In this document: positions 55,461 to 64,000 of the stretch, piece after piece
Layout: every line of letters starts with the position of its first letter
Numbering within the stretch: the stretch's first letter is position 1
NCBI GenBank assembly: GCA_910579785.1
Contig: CAJTVJ010000004.1
Span: 5,842 to 69,841, forward strand
Length of the DNA: 64,000 nt
Direction: 5' to 3'
Source: an uncultured Christensenella sp.
GTDB taxonomy: Bacteria; Bacillota; Clostridia; Christensenellales; UBA3700
Position numbers and translations under genes: made by a program
The notes under the pieces: generated by a model
What the model was told of the DNA's origin: nothing
Database searches by the model: none
What the model saw: the letters and a program-made list of their open reading frames with translations, nothing else

Positions 55461-56822
55461 ATGGTACACGCTTTTAAATTTGCTTATCGCGGTAAAGCAT
55501 ATCATTTTTTATGGGACAATGAAAGCGGCAGTCTGCACAACGTAGACAAGGTCGCTTTTTTGTATGCAAAAAAAAGATACGGACAAGCCTTTGAAGATAA
55601 AGAAGAGGAAGAGTTTTTGTCAATAGCCGAAGATGATATCAAGGAGCTTGGCGAAGAATTTGACGAATTAGAAAAGTCGGGAGTTCTCAACAGCCCTTGC
55701 GACACCTACGCCAAGAAAAAGAGAGTGGGCGAGATAAAGGCTCTTTGTCTGCATATTTGCAACGACTGTAATTTGCGTTGCAGGTATTGTTTTGCCGACG
55801 AAGGCACTTATCATACCAGCGACAGGGCGTTTATGTCGGAAGAAGTGGGTAAAAAGGCGATAGACTTTTTGATAGCTCATTCGGGAAAACGTAAAAATCT
55901 CGAAGTTGACTTTTTCGGCGGCGAGCCGCTTATGAATTTGAACGTCGTCAAGGCGATAGTCGATTATGCCAGATCGAAAGAGGCGGAGAGCGGCAAGCGC
56001 TTTGATTTTACAATGACGACAAATTGCGTACTTCTCAACGACGAGACGATAAAGTGGCTCAATGAAGAGATGCACAACGTGGTGTTGAGCATCGACGGAC
56101 GTCACGACGTGCACAGCGCGGTGCGTAAGGCAGTCAACGGCAAAGATTGTTATGACATCATTGCAAACAACGCAATGAAATTTGCCAAGGTAAGAGGAGA
56201 TAAATCTTACTACGTCAGAGGTACTTTTACTGCAAAAAATCTCGACTTTGCAAGCGACGTGCTTGCGCTCAACGATATGGGATTTGATCAAATATCTATC
56301 GAGCCGGTCGTGACTGACATAGAAGACCTTAAAATAACAAAAGAGCATCTGCCTGCGATACTCAAAGAGTATGAGAGACTTGCCGAGAACTATATCGACA
56401 GAAGAAAGGGGGATAAATGGTTTAATTTCTTCCACTTTATGATAGATTTGGAGGGCGGTCCGTGTCTTGTAAAGAGATTGACGGGATGCGGCAGCGGCTG
56501 CGAATATCTTGCGATAACTCCTAAGGGAGGAATCTATCCCTGTCACCAATTTGCGGAAAACAGCGATTATTACATGGGCAACGTCTTTGACGGCGACGTG
56601 GATATGAGCATATCGGACAAGTTTGCCGACAATATTGTGACCAACAAGCCCGATTGCAGTGGCTGCATGGCAAAATATTATTGCAGCGGCGGTTGCGTTG
56701 CCAACAACCTCAACTATGCGGGCGATATGGCTAAGCCATACGACATATCATGCGAAATGATGCGCAAAAGATTGGAACTCTCCTTGGCGATAAACGCCAT
56801 TGAGGGAGCGAAAAATAATTGA
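55461..56822 (+). CDS. SCIFF radical-SAM maturase (thioether-forming, SPASM domain)
   Basis: CNDCNLRCRYC (CxxxCxxC), GGEPL, and a C-terminal SPASM Cys cluster (CGSGCEY..CHQF..CSGCMAKYYCSGGC). Adjacent to SCIFF. Confidence 0.9.
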   Translation: MVHAFKFAYRGKAYHFLWDNESGSLHNVDKVAFLYAKKRYGQAFEDKEEEEFLSIAEDDIKELGEEFDELEKSGVLNSPCDTYAKKKRVGEIKALCLHICNDCNLRCRYCFADEGTYHTSDRAFMSEEVGKKAIDFLIAHSGKRKNLEVDFFGGEPLMNLNVVKAIVDYARSKEAESGKRFDFTMTTNCVLLNDETIKWLNEEMHNVVLSIDGRHDVHSAVRKAVNGKDCYDIIANNAMKFAKVRGDKSYYVRGTFTAKNLDFASDVLALNDMGFDQISIEPVVTDIEDLKITKEHLPAILKEYERLAENYIDRRKGDKWFNFFHFMIDLEGGPCLVKRLTGCGSGCEYLAITPKGGIYPCHQFAENSDYYMGNVFDGDVDMSISDKFADNIVTNKPDCSGCMAKYYCSGGCVANNLNYAGDMAKPYDISCEMMRKRLELSLAINAIEGAKNN

Positions 56823-56964
56823 CACAGCAATGGCAACGATTTAAGGTAATAGATAATAAGTAATAGTGAATAAGCGAAGTTTATTCATATATCTTTGAGA
56901 TATCGCAGAGAAAGCAACGGATATAATTTCTATATAAAATATATAATTTTATATGTTAATTTGT

Positions 56965-56993
56965 TTGCAAAATATATATCTATATGATAAAAT
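56965..56993 (+). promoter_or_regulatory. Sigma-A-type promoter of rpsB-tsf with a ~100-nt leader
   Basis: TTGCAA-17 nt-TAAAAT. Confidence 0.5.
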
Positions 56994-57103
56994 ACTAGCA
57001 GTCATTAAACACTCAAAGTCAGCACAGGCAGTTGCTTGTTTGCCAACAAGTTGCCGAAAGCGAAAACTTTGGGGAAGAATAAACAAAGAAAAGGAGACAA
57101 AAA

Positions 57104-57889
57104 ATGGCAGTAGTAACAATGAAAAGCCTCTTGGAGGCAGGTGTACATTTCGGACACCAAACAAAGAAGTGGAACCCGAAGATGAGCAAATACATCTATT
57201 CGGCAAGAAATGATATTCATATCATCGATCTTCAAATCTCGGTAGAGCAAGTTGAGAAGGCATACGCTTTTGTAAGAGACGTGGCAAAAGAGGGCAAGTC
57301 AATCTTGTTTGTCGGCACGAAGAAGCAGGCTCAGGACGCTATCAAAGAGGAAGCTCAAAGATGCGGAATGTACTATATGAACCAAAGATGGCTCGGCGGT
57401 ACGTTGACCAATTTCAAAACTATCAGAAGCCGTATCGAGAGACTTAACAAAATCAATCAAATGGAACTTATCGGACAATTTGAACTTTTGCCGAAAAAAG
57501 AAGTATCTCAACTCAAAGTTGAGAGAGATAAGCTCGAAGCTAACCTCGGCGGTATCAAAGATATGACGCAACTTCCAGGATGTATGTTTGTAGTTGATAT
57601 CAACAACGAAGACATCGCAGTTAAAGAAGCTCGCAAGCTCGGCATACCTGTCGTAGGTCTTGTAGACACCAACTGCAATCCAGAACTCGTCGATTACGTT
57701 ATTCCGGGCAACGACGACGCTATCAGAGCTATCAAGTTGATTGCAAGCATCATGGCAAACGCAGTCATCGAAGCCAACGAAGGCATCACTTTCTCAGTTG
57801 AAGAAGAAGTTGAAGAAAACGGCGAAGTAAGCGAAGAGAAAGTTGAGAGCGCAGAGGTAGAGGCAGAAGCTCAAAGCGAGCAAGAATAA
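57104..57889 (+). CDS. rpsB: 30S ribosomal protein S2 (acidic C-terminal tail)
   Basis: [42 protein letters not shown]. Confidence 0.97.
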   Translation: MAVVTMKSLLEAGVHFGHQTKKWNPKMSKYIYSARNDIHIIDLQISVEQVEKAYAFVRDVAKEGKSILFVGTKKQAQDAIKEEAQRCGMYYMNQRWLGGTLTNFKTIRSRIERLNKINQMELIGQFELLPKKEVSQLKVERDKLEANLGGIKDMTQLPGCMFVVDINNEDIAVKEARKLGIPVVGLVDTNCNPELVDYVIPGNDDAIRAIKLIASIMANAVIEANEGITFSVEEEVEENGEVSEEKVESAEVEAEAQSEQE

Positions 57890-57908
57890 TTGATGAAGGA
57901 GATAAAAT

Positions 57909-58778
57909 ATGGCATTTACAAATAAAGACGTAATGGATTTACGCGCCAAGACGGGCGTCGGTATGATGGATTGTAAAAAGGCTCTTACCGAAGCTGACGG
58001 CGATATGGAGAAGGCAATAGAGATATTGAGAGAAAAGGGAATGGCTACCAGCGCAAAGAGAGCCGGCAAAATCGCATCCCAAGGTATCGTTGAAGCTTAT
58101 ATCAACGACAAGTGCGGCGTACTCGTAGAAGTAAACTGCGAAAGCGACTTTGTTGCAAGAGGCGAGCAGTACAAGGCTTTTGTTATGCAAGTTGCTGAAT
58201 ATATTGCCAACAACGACGTTGACAGCGTTGAGCAGGTCAGCGAGAATATGGCTACCGCATTGGCTGAGGCAGTCGCTAAGATCGGCGAGAAGATAGCTAT
58301 CAGAAGATTTGCAAAGTATGCCAATACAGGCAAACTTGACAGCTATATACACATGGGCGGTAAGATAGGCGTAATCGTAGAGATGAGCGGCAACGCAAGC
58401 GAGGAGCTTGCTCACGACATCTGTATGCAAATCGCAGCCGCTAACCCTTCGTACGTTAAAGTGGACGAAGTACCTAAGGACGAGATCGAAAAAGAGAAAG
58501 AAATTTTGAAAGCTCAGGCTCTTAACGAAGACAAGCCGAAGCCGCTTGCTATCATTGAAAAGATGGTCGAAGGACGTATCAATAAATATTATAAAGAGGT
58601 ATGTCTTGTTGAGCAACCTTTCGTTAAGGACGGCGATAAGACAATAAAGGCTCTTCTCAAAGAGGCTGGCGCAGACGTTGTTAGATTTACACGTTTTGTT
58701 ATGGGCGAAGGCTTGGAGAAGAAAGACGAGAACTTGGCTGACGAAGTTCAAGCTCAAATCAACAGCGCTAAAAAATAA
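57909..58778 (+). CDS. tsf: Elongation factor Ts
   Basis: LRAKTGVGMMDCKKAL UBA-like N-terminus, plus the dimerisation and core domains. Confidence 0.97.
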   Translation: MAFTNKDVMDLRAKTGVGMMDCKKALTEADGDMEKAIEILREKGMATSAKRAGKIASQGIVEAYINDKCGVLVEVNCESDFVARGEQYKAFVMQVAEYIANNDVDSVEQVSENMATALAEAVAKIGEKIAIRRFAKYANTGKLDSYIHMGGKIGVIVEMSGNASEELAHDICMQIAAANPSYVKVDEVPKDEIEKEKEILKAQALNEDKPKPLAIIEKMVEGRINKYYKEVCLVEQPFVKDGDKTIKALLKEAGADVVRFTRFVMGEGLEKKDENLADEVQAQINSAKK

Positions 58779-58786
58779 TAATTCAA

Positions 58787-58816
58787 AAGGAAAGCGGTTA
58801 TCGTTTTCCTTTTTTA
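58787..58816 (+). terminator. Intrinsic terminator after tsf
   Basis: ggaaagcg-gttat-cgttttcc followed by T6. Confidence 0.75.
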
Positions 58817-58871
58817 ATAATTACTGCGTGTAAAATTTTTTACTCACGCGGCTAGTATATATTCGATATAA

Positions 58872-59609
<738 letters not shown>

Positions 59610-59631
59610 TAGATCTAATAATTTATGGAAG

Positions 59632-59665
59632 TAGGCAGGAAGATAATTCTTGCCTATTTTTATTT
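59632..59665 (+). terminator. Intrinsic terminator after pyrH
   Basis: taggcagg..cttgccta followed by tttttatttt. Confidence 0.65.
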
Positions 59666-59835
59666 TTAATATTAAATATAATTTACAACGGTGATATAAA
59701 GCAAGTTATATTTATATATAGATTAGTAAAATATTATAATATATGTAATAAAATTAAAATGTGTTGAAAAAATATTGTATTTGACGAAGACTTTTGATAT
59801 AATTATGATAGCAAATTTTAAGGAGCAAATATTTT

Positions 59836-60411
59836 ATGGCATACGAGCAAATAGAGGTATTGGAAGTTTTTGACGAATTTGAGACAAAAATGGACAAAAG
59901 CATTGCGTCATTGCAATATGAATTTAACAATATGAAGGCAGGAAGAGCAAATCCGCATATACTTGACAAGATCGTCGTCGATTATTACGGAGTGCCAACT
60001 CCTCTCAAACAAATAGGAAATATCCAAGTGCCGGAAGCAAGAATGCTTATGGTAAGCGTATGGGATACGTCGATATTAAAAGAAGTAGAGAAAGCTATTA
60101 TTGCCGCAAATACGGGCATTATGCCAACCAATGACGGCAAAGTCATAAGAATGGTATTTCCGGAGCTTACACAAGAGAGAAGAAAAGAGCTTTGCAAGAC
60201 TTTGAAGTCTTTGGCAGAAAATACTAAGGTCGCTCTTCGCAATGCAAGAAGAGACATCAACGACAGTATAAAGAAGATGAAGAAAGACAGTCTTATATCC
60301 GAGGATGACGCTGCGCTTTATGAAAAAGACGTAGACAAGAAGCTCGCCGCTCAGATAGATACCGTCGACAAAATGACGAAAGATAAAGAACAAGAAATAA
60401 TGTCTGTATAA
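59836..60411 (+). CDS. frr: Ribosome recycling factor
   Basis: RAGRANPHILD, PLKQIGNI, PELTQERRKEL, RNARRD. Confidence 0.96.
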   Translation: MAYEQIEVLEVFDEFETKMDKSIASLQYEFNNMKAGRANPHILDKIVVDYYGVPTPLKQIGNIQVPEARMLMVSVWDTSILKEVEKAIIAANTGIMPTNDGKVIRMVFPELTQERRKELCKTLKSLAENTKVALRNARRDINDSIKKMKKDSLISEDDAALYEKDVDKKLAAQIDTVDKMTKDKEQEIMSV

Positions 60412-60438
60412 GTTGAAAACAACTTATTTGAGGAAAAT

Positions 60439-61146
60439 TTGAAAGATAAGAAAGAAAATATGCTCAAAATACCGTCGCATATAGGATTTATTATGGACGG
60501 CAACGGAAGATGGGCGAGTCAAAGAGGACTCTCCCGAAGCGACGGTCACCGCCAAGGCGCGGAGGCATTGAAGAGCGTTGTCAAGGCTTGTTCTCAAAGA
60601 GGGATCAAGGCGGTGAGCATATACGCGTTTTCTTGCGAAAATTGGTCGAGACCGCAGGCTGAAATAAAGTTTTTGTTTTCGCTTATCACGCAGTTTGCAA
60701 AAAAAGAACTTAAAAAATATGCGGACTGCGGATATAGAGTAATGTTCAGCGGAGATCTCTCTCAACTGCCAAAGACGACCCAAAATGCGATAAAAAAAGT
60801 CGTTGACGCAAGCAAAGGCAATGACGGCATAATGGTGAATATCGCGCTTAATTACGGCTCGCGCCAAGAAATCGTCAAGGCCGTCAACACGATATTGCAA
60901 TCTGGCATAAGAGAAGTCGACGAGCAAATGATAGAAGACTGTCTGTATACGGCAGGACTGCCGCCGTTGGACGTTGTGGTACGGTCAAGCGGAGAAAAGC
61001 GGTTGAGTAATTTTATGCTTTGGCAAAGCGCGTACAGCGAATTGATATTTATCGACAAGTATTGGCCTGATTTTGACGAGGCTACTCTCGACGAGATATT
61101 GCTTGAATATAGCAACAGAGACAGAAGATTTGGAGGAATAAAGTAA
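60439..61146 (+). CDS. uppS: Undecaprenyl-diphosphate synthase (TTG at 60439; the ATG at 60460 is an alternative start)
   Basis: HIGFIMDGNGRWA, YAFSCENWSRP, RSSGEKRLSNFMLWQ, and a C-terminal RRFG. Confidence 0.93.
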   Translation: MKDKKENMLKIPSHIGFIMDGNGRWASQRGLSRSDGHRQGAEALKSVVKACSQRGIKAVSIYAFSCENWSRPQAEIKFLFSLITQFAKKELKKYADCGYRVMFSGDLSQLPKTTQNAIKKVVDASKGNDGIMVNIALNYGSRQEIVKAVNTILQSGIREVDEQMIEDCLYTAGLPPLDVVVRSSGEKRLSNFMLWQSAYSELIFIDKYWPDFDEATLDEILLEYSNRDRRFGGIK

Positions 61147-62105
61147 TGCTCAAAAGAATATTGACTGCACTTATGCTGCTTGTCGTTGTCTTTGCGACGT
61201 TGCTTGGCTTGCGCCAAGTATACGTAGAACTCGCCGATTTGGTGGGGGTATTGATATGCGGTCTCGGCGTATTTGAAATGGCAAATGCCTTTAAAAAGGC
61301 AGGGTATAACGCTATCAAGGGGAGTTTGCTTTTTGCAAGCGTTGCGATTTATCCTTTGATAATAGCTTTTGAATGGACGCTTGGCAAGGGAGAGATTGGA
61401 GCCTTTTGCGCGATATTTTTAGGTTTGATAATAGCAATTATCGAATTTACGCTGATACATAAGAAAGATGCGGTAGCTTCCCAAGAAAATAACTCAGACG
61501 GTTTGCAGCAAACAAGTCAGCAGAATATTGCAGAAAGAGGCGTGTTTCAGCTCAAAGATTTGCTCGCCACGGCGTTTATATTGATATATCCACTTGGAAT
61601 ATTCTCCACATTTTTCTTTATAAACCACAGCAAATACGGTCTTTTGGGAATATTCTTGGCATTGTTGGTGCCGATAATGACGGATACGATGGCATATTTT
61701 GTCGGAGTGACGTTTAAGGGCAAAAAGCTATGTCCTAATATCAGTCCCAAAAAGACGGTAAGCGGCGCGATAGGCGGCATAATAGGCGGCGTCATAGGCG
61801 CGATGGCAGTCTTTGTGATGTTTGACGTGACAGGACTTTTTGTCAATTTTAACAACGTAGGTCTCACAAAACTTACTAATTCGCTTGTCGCTTCCGGCGT
61901 TATATACGGCATATTCGGAATAATAGGCGGCGTGCTAAGCGAGCTTGGCGATCTTGGCGCAAGTTGGATAAAGCGTAAGGCAGGCATAAAAGATTTCGGC
62001 AAGATTTTCCCCGGACACGGCGGAATGATGGACAGATTGGACAGTATTATTTTTATGTTGCCGACGGTATATATTTTGATAAGCGTAGTTACGGCTATCG
62101 CGTAA
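61146..62105 (+). CDS. cdsA: Phosphatidate cytidylyltransferase
   Basis: Multi-TM; signature SxxKRxxxxKDxxxxxPGHGGxxDRxDS appears as SWIKRKAGIKDFGKIFPGHGGMMDRLDS. Confidence 0.9.
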   Translation: MLKRILTALMLLVVVFATLLGLRQVYVELADLVGVLICGLGVFEMANAFKKAGYNAIKGSLLFASVAIYPLIIAFEWTLGKGEIGAFCAIFLGLIIAIIEFTLIHKKDAVASQENNSDGLQQTSQQNIAERGVFQLKDLLATAFILIYPLGIFSTFFFINHSKYGLLGIFLALLVPIMTDTMAYFVGVTFKGKKLCPNISPKKTVSGAIGGIIGGVIGAMAVFVMFDVTGLFVNFNNVGLTKLTNSLVASGVIYGIFGIIGGVLSELGDLGASWIKRKAGIKDFGKIFPGHGGMMDRLDSIIFMLPTVYILISVVTAIA

Positions 62106-62118
62106 AGGACGATTTATA

Positions 62119-63246
62119 ATGAAAAAAATCACAATATTGGGCAGTACTGGCTCGATAGGTATACAGTCTCTCGAAGTTGTCGACAAATATCACGGCGAAT
62201 TTGAAGTCGTAGGTCTCGCCTGTAAATCAAATAGGCTGATATTATCGCAGATAGAGAAGTATGCGCCTAAGTACGTCGCAGTATCTGACAATACGCTGGC
62301 AAAAGAGATAGCCGACGCGTATCCGCAAATAAAAGTGCTTGTCGGAGAAGAGGGGCTTTGCGAGATTGCAGATATTAAAGTCGACCTTGTGATAAACGGA
62401 CTTGTCGGAATAAGCGGTTTGAGACCAACGATAGTCGCAATCAAAAGAAAAAACAATATTGCTTTGGCAAATAAAGAGACGTTGGTTGCAGGAGGAGAGC
62501 TTGTCATGCCGCTCGCCAAGCAAATGGGCGTTGAAATTTTGCCTGTGGACAGCGAACACAGCGCGATATGGCAGTCGCTTACGGCAAAAAACGTCAAAAA
62601 GATATTACTTACAGCAAGCGGCGGAGCATTCAGGGATTGGACGAAGAAGCAGCTGACGGAAGCAAAAGCATGCGACGCATTGAAGCATCCTAATTGGGAT
62701 ATGGGCGCAAAAGTCACTATTGACAGCGCTACTCTTATGAACAAAGGCTTGGAAATAATTGAGGCGATGCACCTTTTCGGCGTAAACGTCGACGACATAA
62801 AAGTGTTGGTGCATAGGCAAAGCGTAGTGCACAGTATGGTCGAGTATGCAGACGGAAGCGTCATAGCGCAGCTCAGTTATCCCGATATGAGACTTCCCAT
62901 ACAAATCGCTATGTTATATCCTCATAGAGGAAATCATGCTTTTAATACGTTTGACTTTGTCGGCAAAAATCTTACCTTTGAAGATGCAGACGAGGAGAGA
63001 TTTCCTTGCCTTGCGATAGCGAAATATTGCGCGAAAGAAAAGGGGATTGCCCCTGTGATAATGAATGCGGCAAACGAAATACTTGTAAAAGCATATTTGG
63101 ATAATAAAATAAAATTTTATGACATACCTTATTATATAGAATGCGCTTTGCGACAGTTCTACCACAAAGAGAGAATTGTCGACGAGCAGCAAATTTATAA
63201 CGTCGACGAGGAGGTACGGGAGTACGTTCTTCGTCTAATAGGGTGA
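62119..63246 (+). CDS. dxr: 1-deoxy-D-xylulose-5-phosphate reductoisomerase
   Basis: ILGSTGSIG, LANKETLV, PVDSEHSAI, HPNWxMG, NAANE. Confidence 0.96.
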   Translation: MKKITILGSTGSIGIQSLEVVDKYHGEFEVVGLACKSNRLILSQIEKYAPKYVAVSDNTLAKEIADAYPQIKVLVGEEGLCEIADIKVDLVINGLVGISGLRPTIVAIKRKNNIALANKETLVAGGELVMPLAKQMGVEILPVDSEHSAIWQSLTAKNVKKILLTASGGAFRDWTKKQLTEAKACDALKHPNWDMGAKVTIDSATLMNKGLEIIEAMHLFGVNVDDIKVLVHRQSVVHSMVEYADGSVIAQLSYPDMRLPIQIAMLYPHRGNHAFNTFDFVGKNLTFEDADEERFPCLAIAKYCAKEKGIAPVIMNAANEILVKAYLDNKIKFYDIPYYIECALRQFYHKERIVDEQQIYNVDEEVREYVLRLIG

Positions 63247-63253
63247 GGTGAAA

Positions 63254-64000
63254 ATGATATTGACTTTGGCGGCGTCCGGACTTGACATACTCAAATGGAT
63301 AGGCTATTTTTTGGTGGCGTTGGTATGTCTTATGCTTATGATAATCATACACGAGCTGGGACATTATACTTTCGGTAAAATTTTTAAATTCAAAATAAAT
63401 GAATTTTCCATAGGCTTCGGTCCGAAAATCTTTTCAAGGACAAACAAAAAGACGGGAGAAGTGTTTTCTATCAGACCGTTTCCGCTAGGCGGTTTTTGCG
63501 CATTCGGCGGAGAAGACGAAGAGAGCAGCGACCCGCACGATTTCAACAACAGACCCGTGTGGCAGAGGATAATAGTTTTGTTTGCAGGCGCAGGCTTCAA
63601 CTTTTTGTCTGCATTTATAGTTATCACTATATTTTTTGCCGCATACGGCGAGTATTTTCCCGTCGTTGGCGAGGTCTATCAACACGTCGAGTACGTTGAC
63701 GACGAAAACTATCAGCTTATTGAAGGATCGCAAGCGCTCAAAAAGGGCGACGTAATACTGTCTGTCGACGGCAAGATGGCATACAGTTTGCTTGAATTTA
63801 ATAAGCTGTCGGAGTTGGTGTCTGGCGATAAAGACAACGTCGAAGTCGTCGTATTGAGAGACGGCAAGAAAGAAACTCTTAACGTAGTAAAGCATTATTA
63901 TTTGACTTATACAGAAAAGACAGACGAAAACGGCAATAAATATACTGTAGAAAACGTCAGCAAGAACAAAGGTTTGGGCATGGCTTTGGGGTCGTTTGCT
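63254..64000 (+). CDS. rseP: RIP site-2 metalloprotease RseP/RasP, 3' end cut by window edge (not in the ORF track)
   Basis: The frame is open from the ATG at 63254 to nt 64000 (249 codons). HELGH zinc motif in TM1, FSIGFGPKIF, a PDZ-like segment (GDVILSVDG), and the conserved uppS-cdsA-dxr-rseP order. Confidence 0.85.
   Translation, partial: MILTLAASGLDILKWIGYFLVALVCLMLMIIIHELGHYTFGKIFKFKINEFSIGFGPKIFSRTNKKTGEVFSIRPFPLGGFCAFGGEDEESSDPHDFNNRPVWQRIIVLFAGAGFNFLSAFIVITIFFAAYGEYFPVVGEVYQHVEYVDDENYQLIEGSQALKKGDVILSVDGKMAYSLLEFNKLSELVSGDKDNVEVVVLRDGKKETLNVVKHYYLTYTEKTDENGNKYTVENVSKNKGLGMALGSFA

Noticed and set aside
56949-57250. Small ORFs (56953-57213 +, 56949-57206 -, 57005-57250 -) in the rpsB leader.
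   Set aside because: They overlap the rpsB promoter, leader and start, lack an SD, and have junk-like composition. A cttgtt-tgcc-aacaag hairpin in the leader could be S2-regulatory, but I cannot support that from the sequence alone.

Overview
64-kb chromosomal segment of a low-GC, endospore-forming Firmicute (Clostridia-like). Gene order is largely conserved. I call 57 protein genes, 56 of them on the + strand; only rqcH is on the - strand. In order: yggS-sepF-lspA-rluD; rqcH; tig-clpP-clpX-lon-engB. Then a dcw division/cell-wall cluster: mraZ-rsmH-(FtsL-position gene)-PBP-murE-mraY-murD-ftsW-murA-ftsQ-ftsA-ftsZ. It runs directly into the sporulation genes spoIIGA-sigE-sigG-ymxH, then nrdR and an uninterrupted sigK. 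Next come a type-A RNase P RNA, a giant 2,522-aa cyclic beta-1,2-glucan-synthase-like gene, rarA and an ABC transporter pair. Then ruvX, yebC-proA-ruvCAB-queA-tgt, a degenerate Fic/Doc-like gene, yajC, a DUF5131-like gene, a small membrane protein, and the SCIFF peptide with its radical-SAM maturase. The SCIFF ORF is 57 aa and is missing from the ORF track. The window ends with rpsB-tsf-pyrH-frr-uppS-cdsA-dxr-rseP (3' partial). I saw no rRNA, tRNA, CRISPR array, transposase, integrase or prophage genes. Most worth a second look: (1) the stand-alone Cgs-like megaprotein next to sigK; (2) a dispersed hairpin (MITE/REP-like) element with two clear copies in opposite orientation; (3) a recurrent consensus promoter-N6/7-ATG layout implying leaderless mRNAs for at least five genes; (4) a Fic/Doc-fold gene lacking the catalytic His, inserted between tgt and yajC; (5) a monocistronic 14-Cys protein of unknown function; (6) Q/P/Y-rich low-complexity extensions on three divisome proteins. 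All family assignments come from reading motifs in the translations. No database search or numerical computation was possible.
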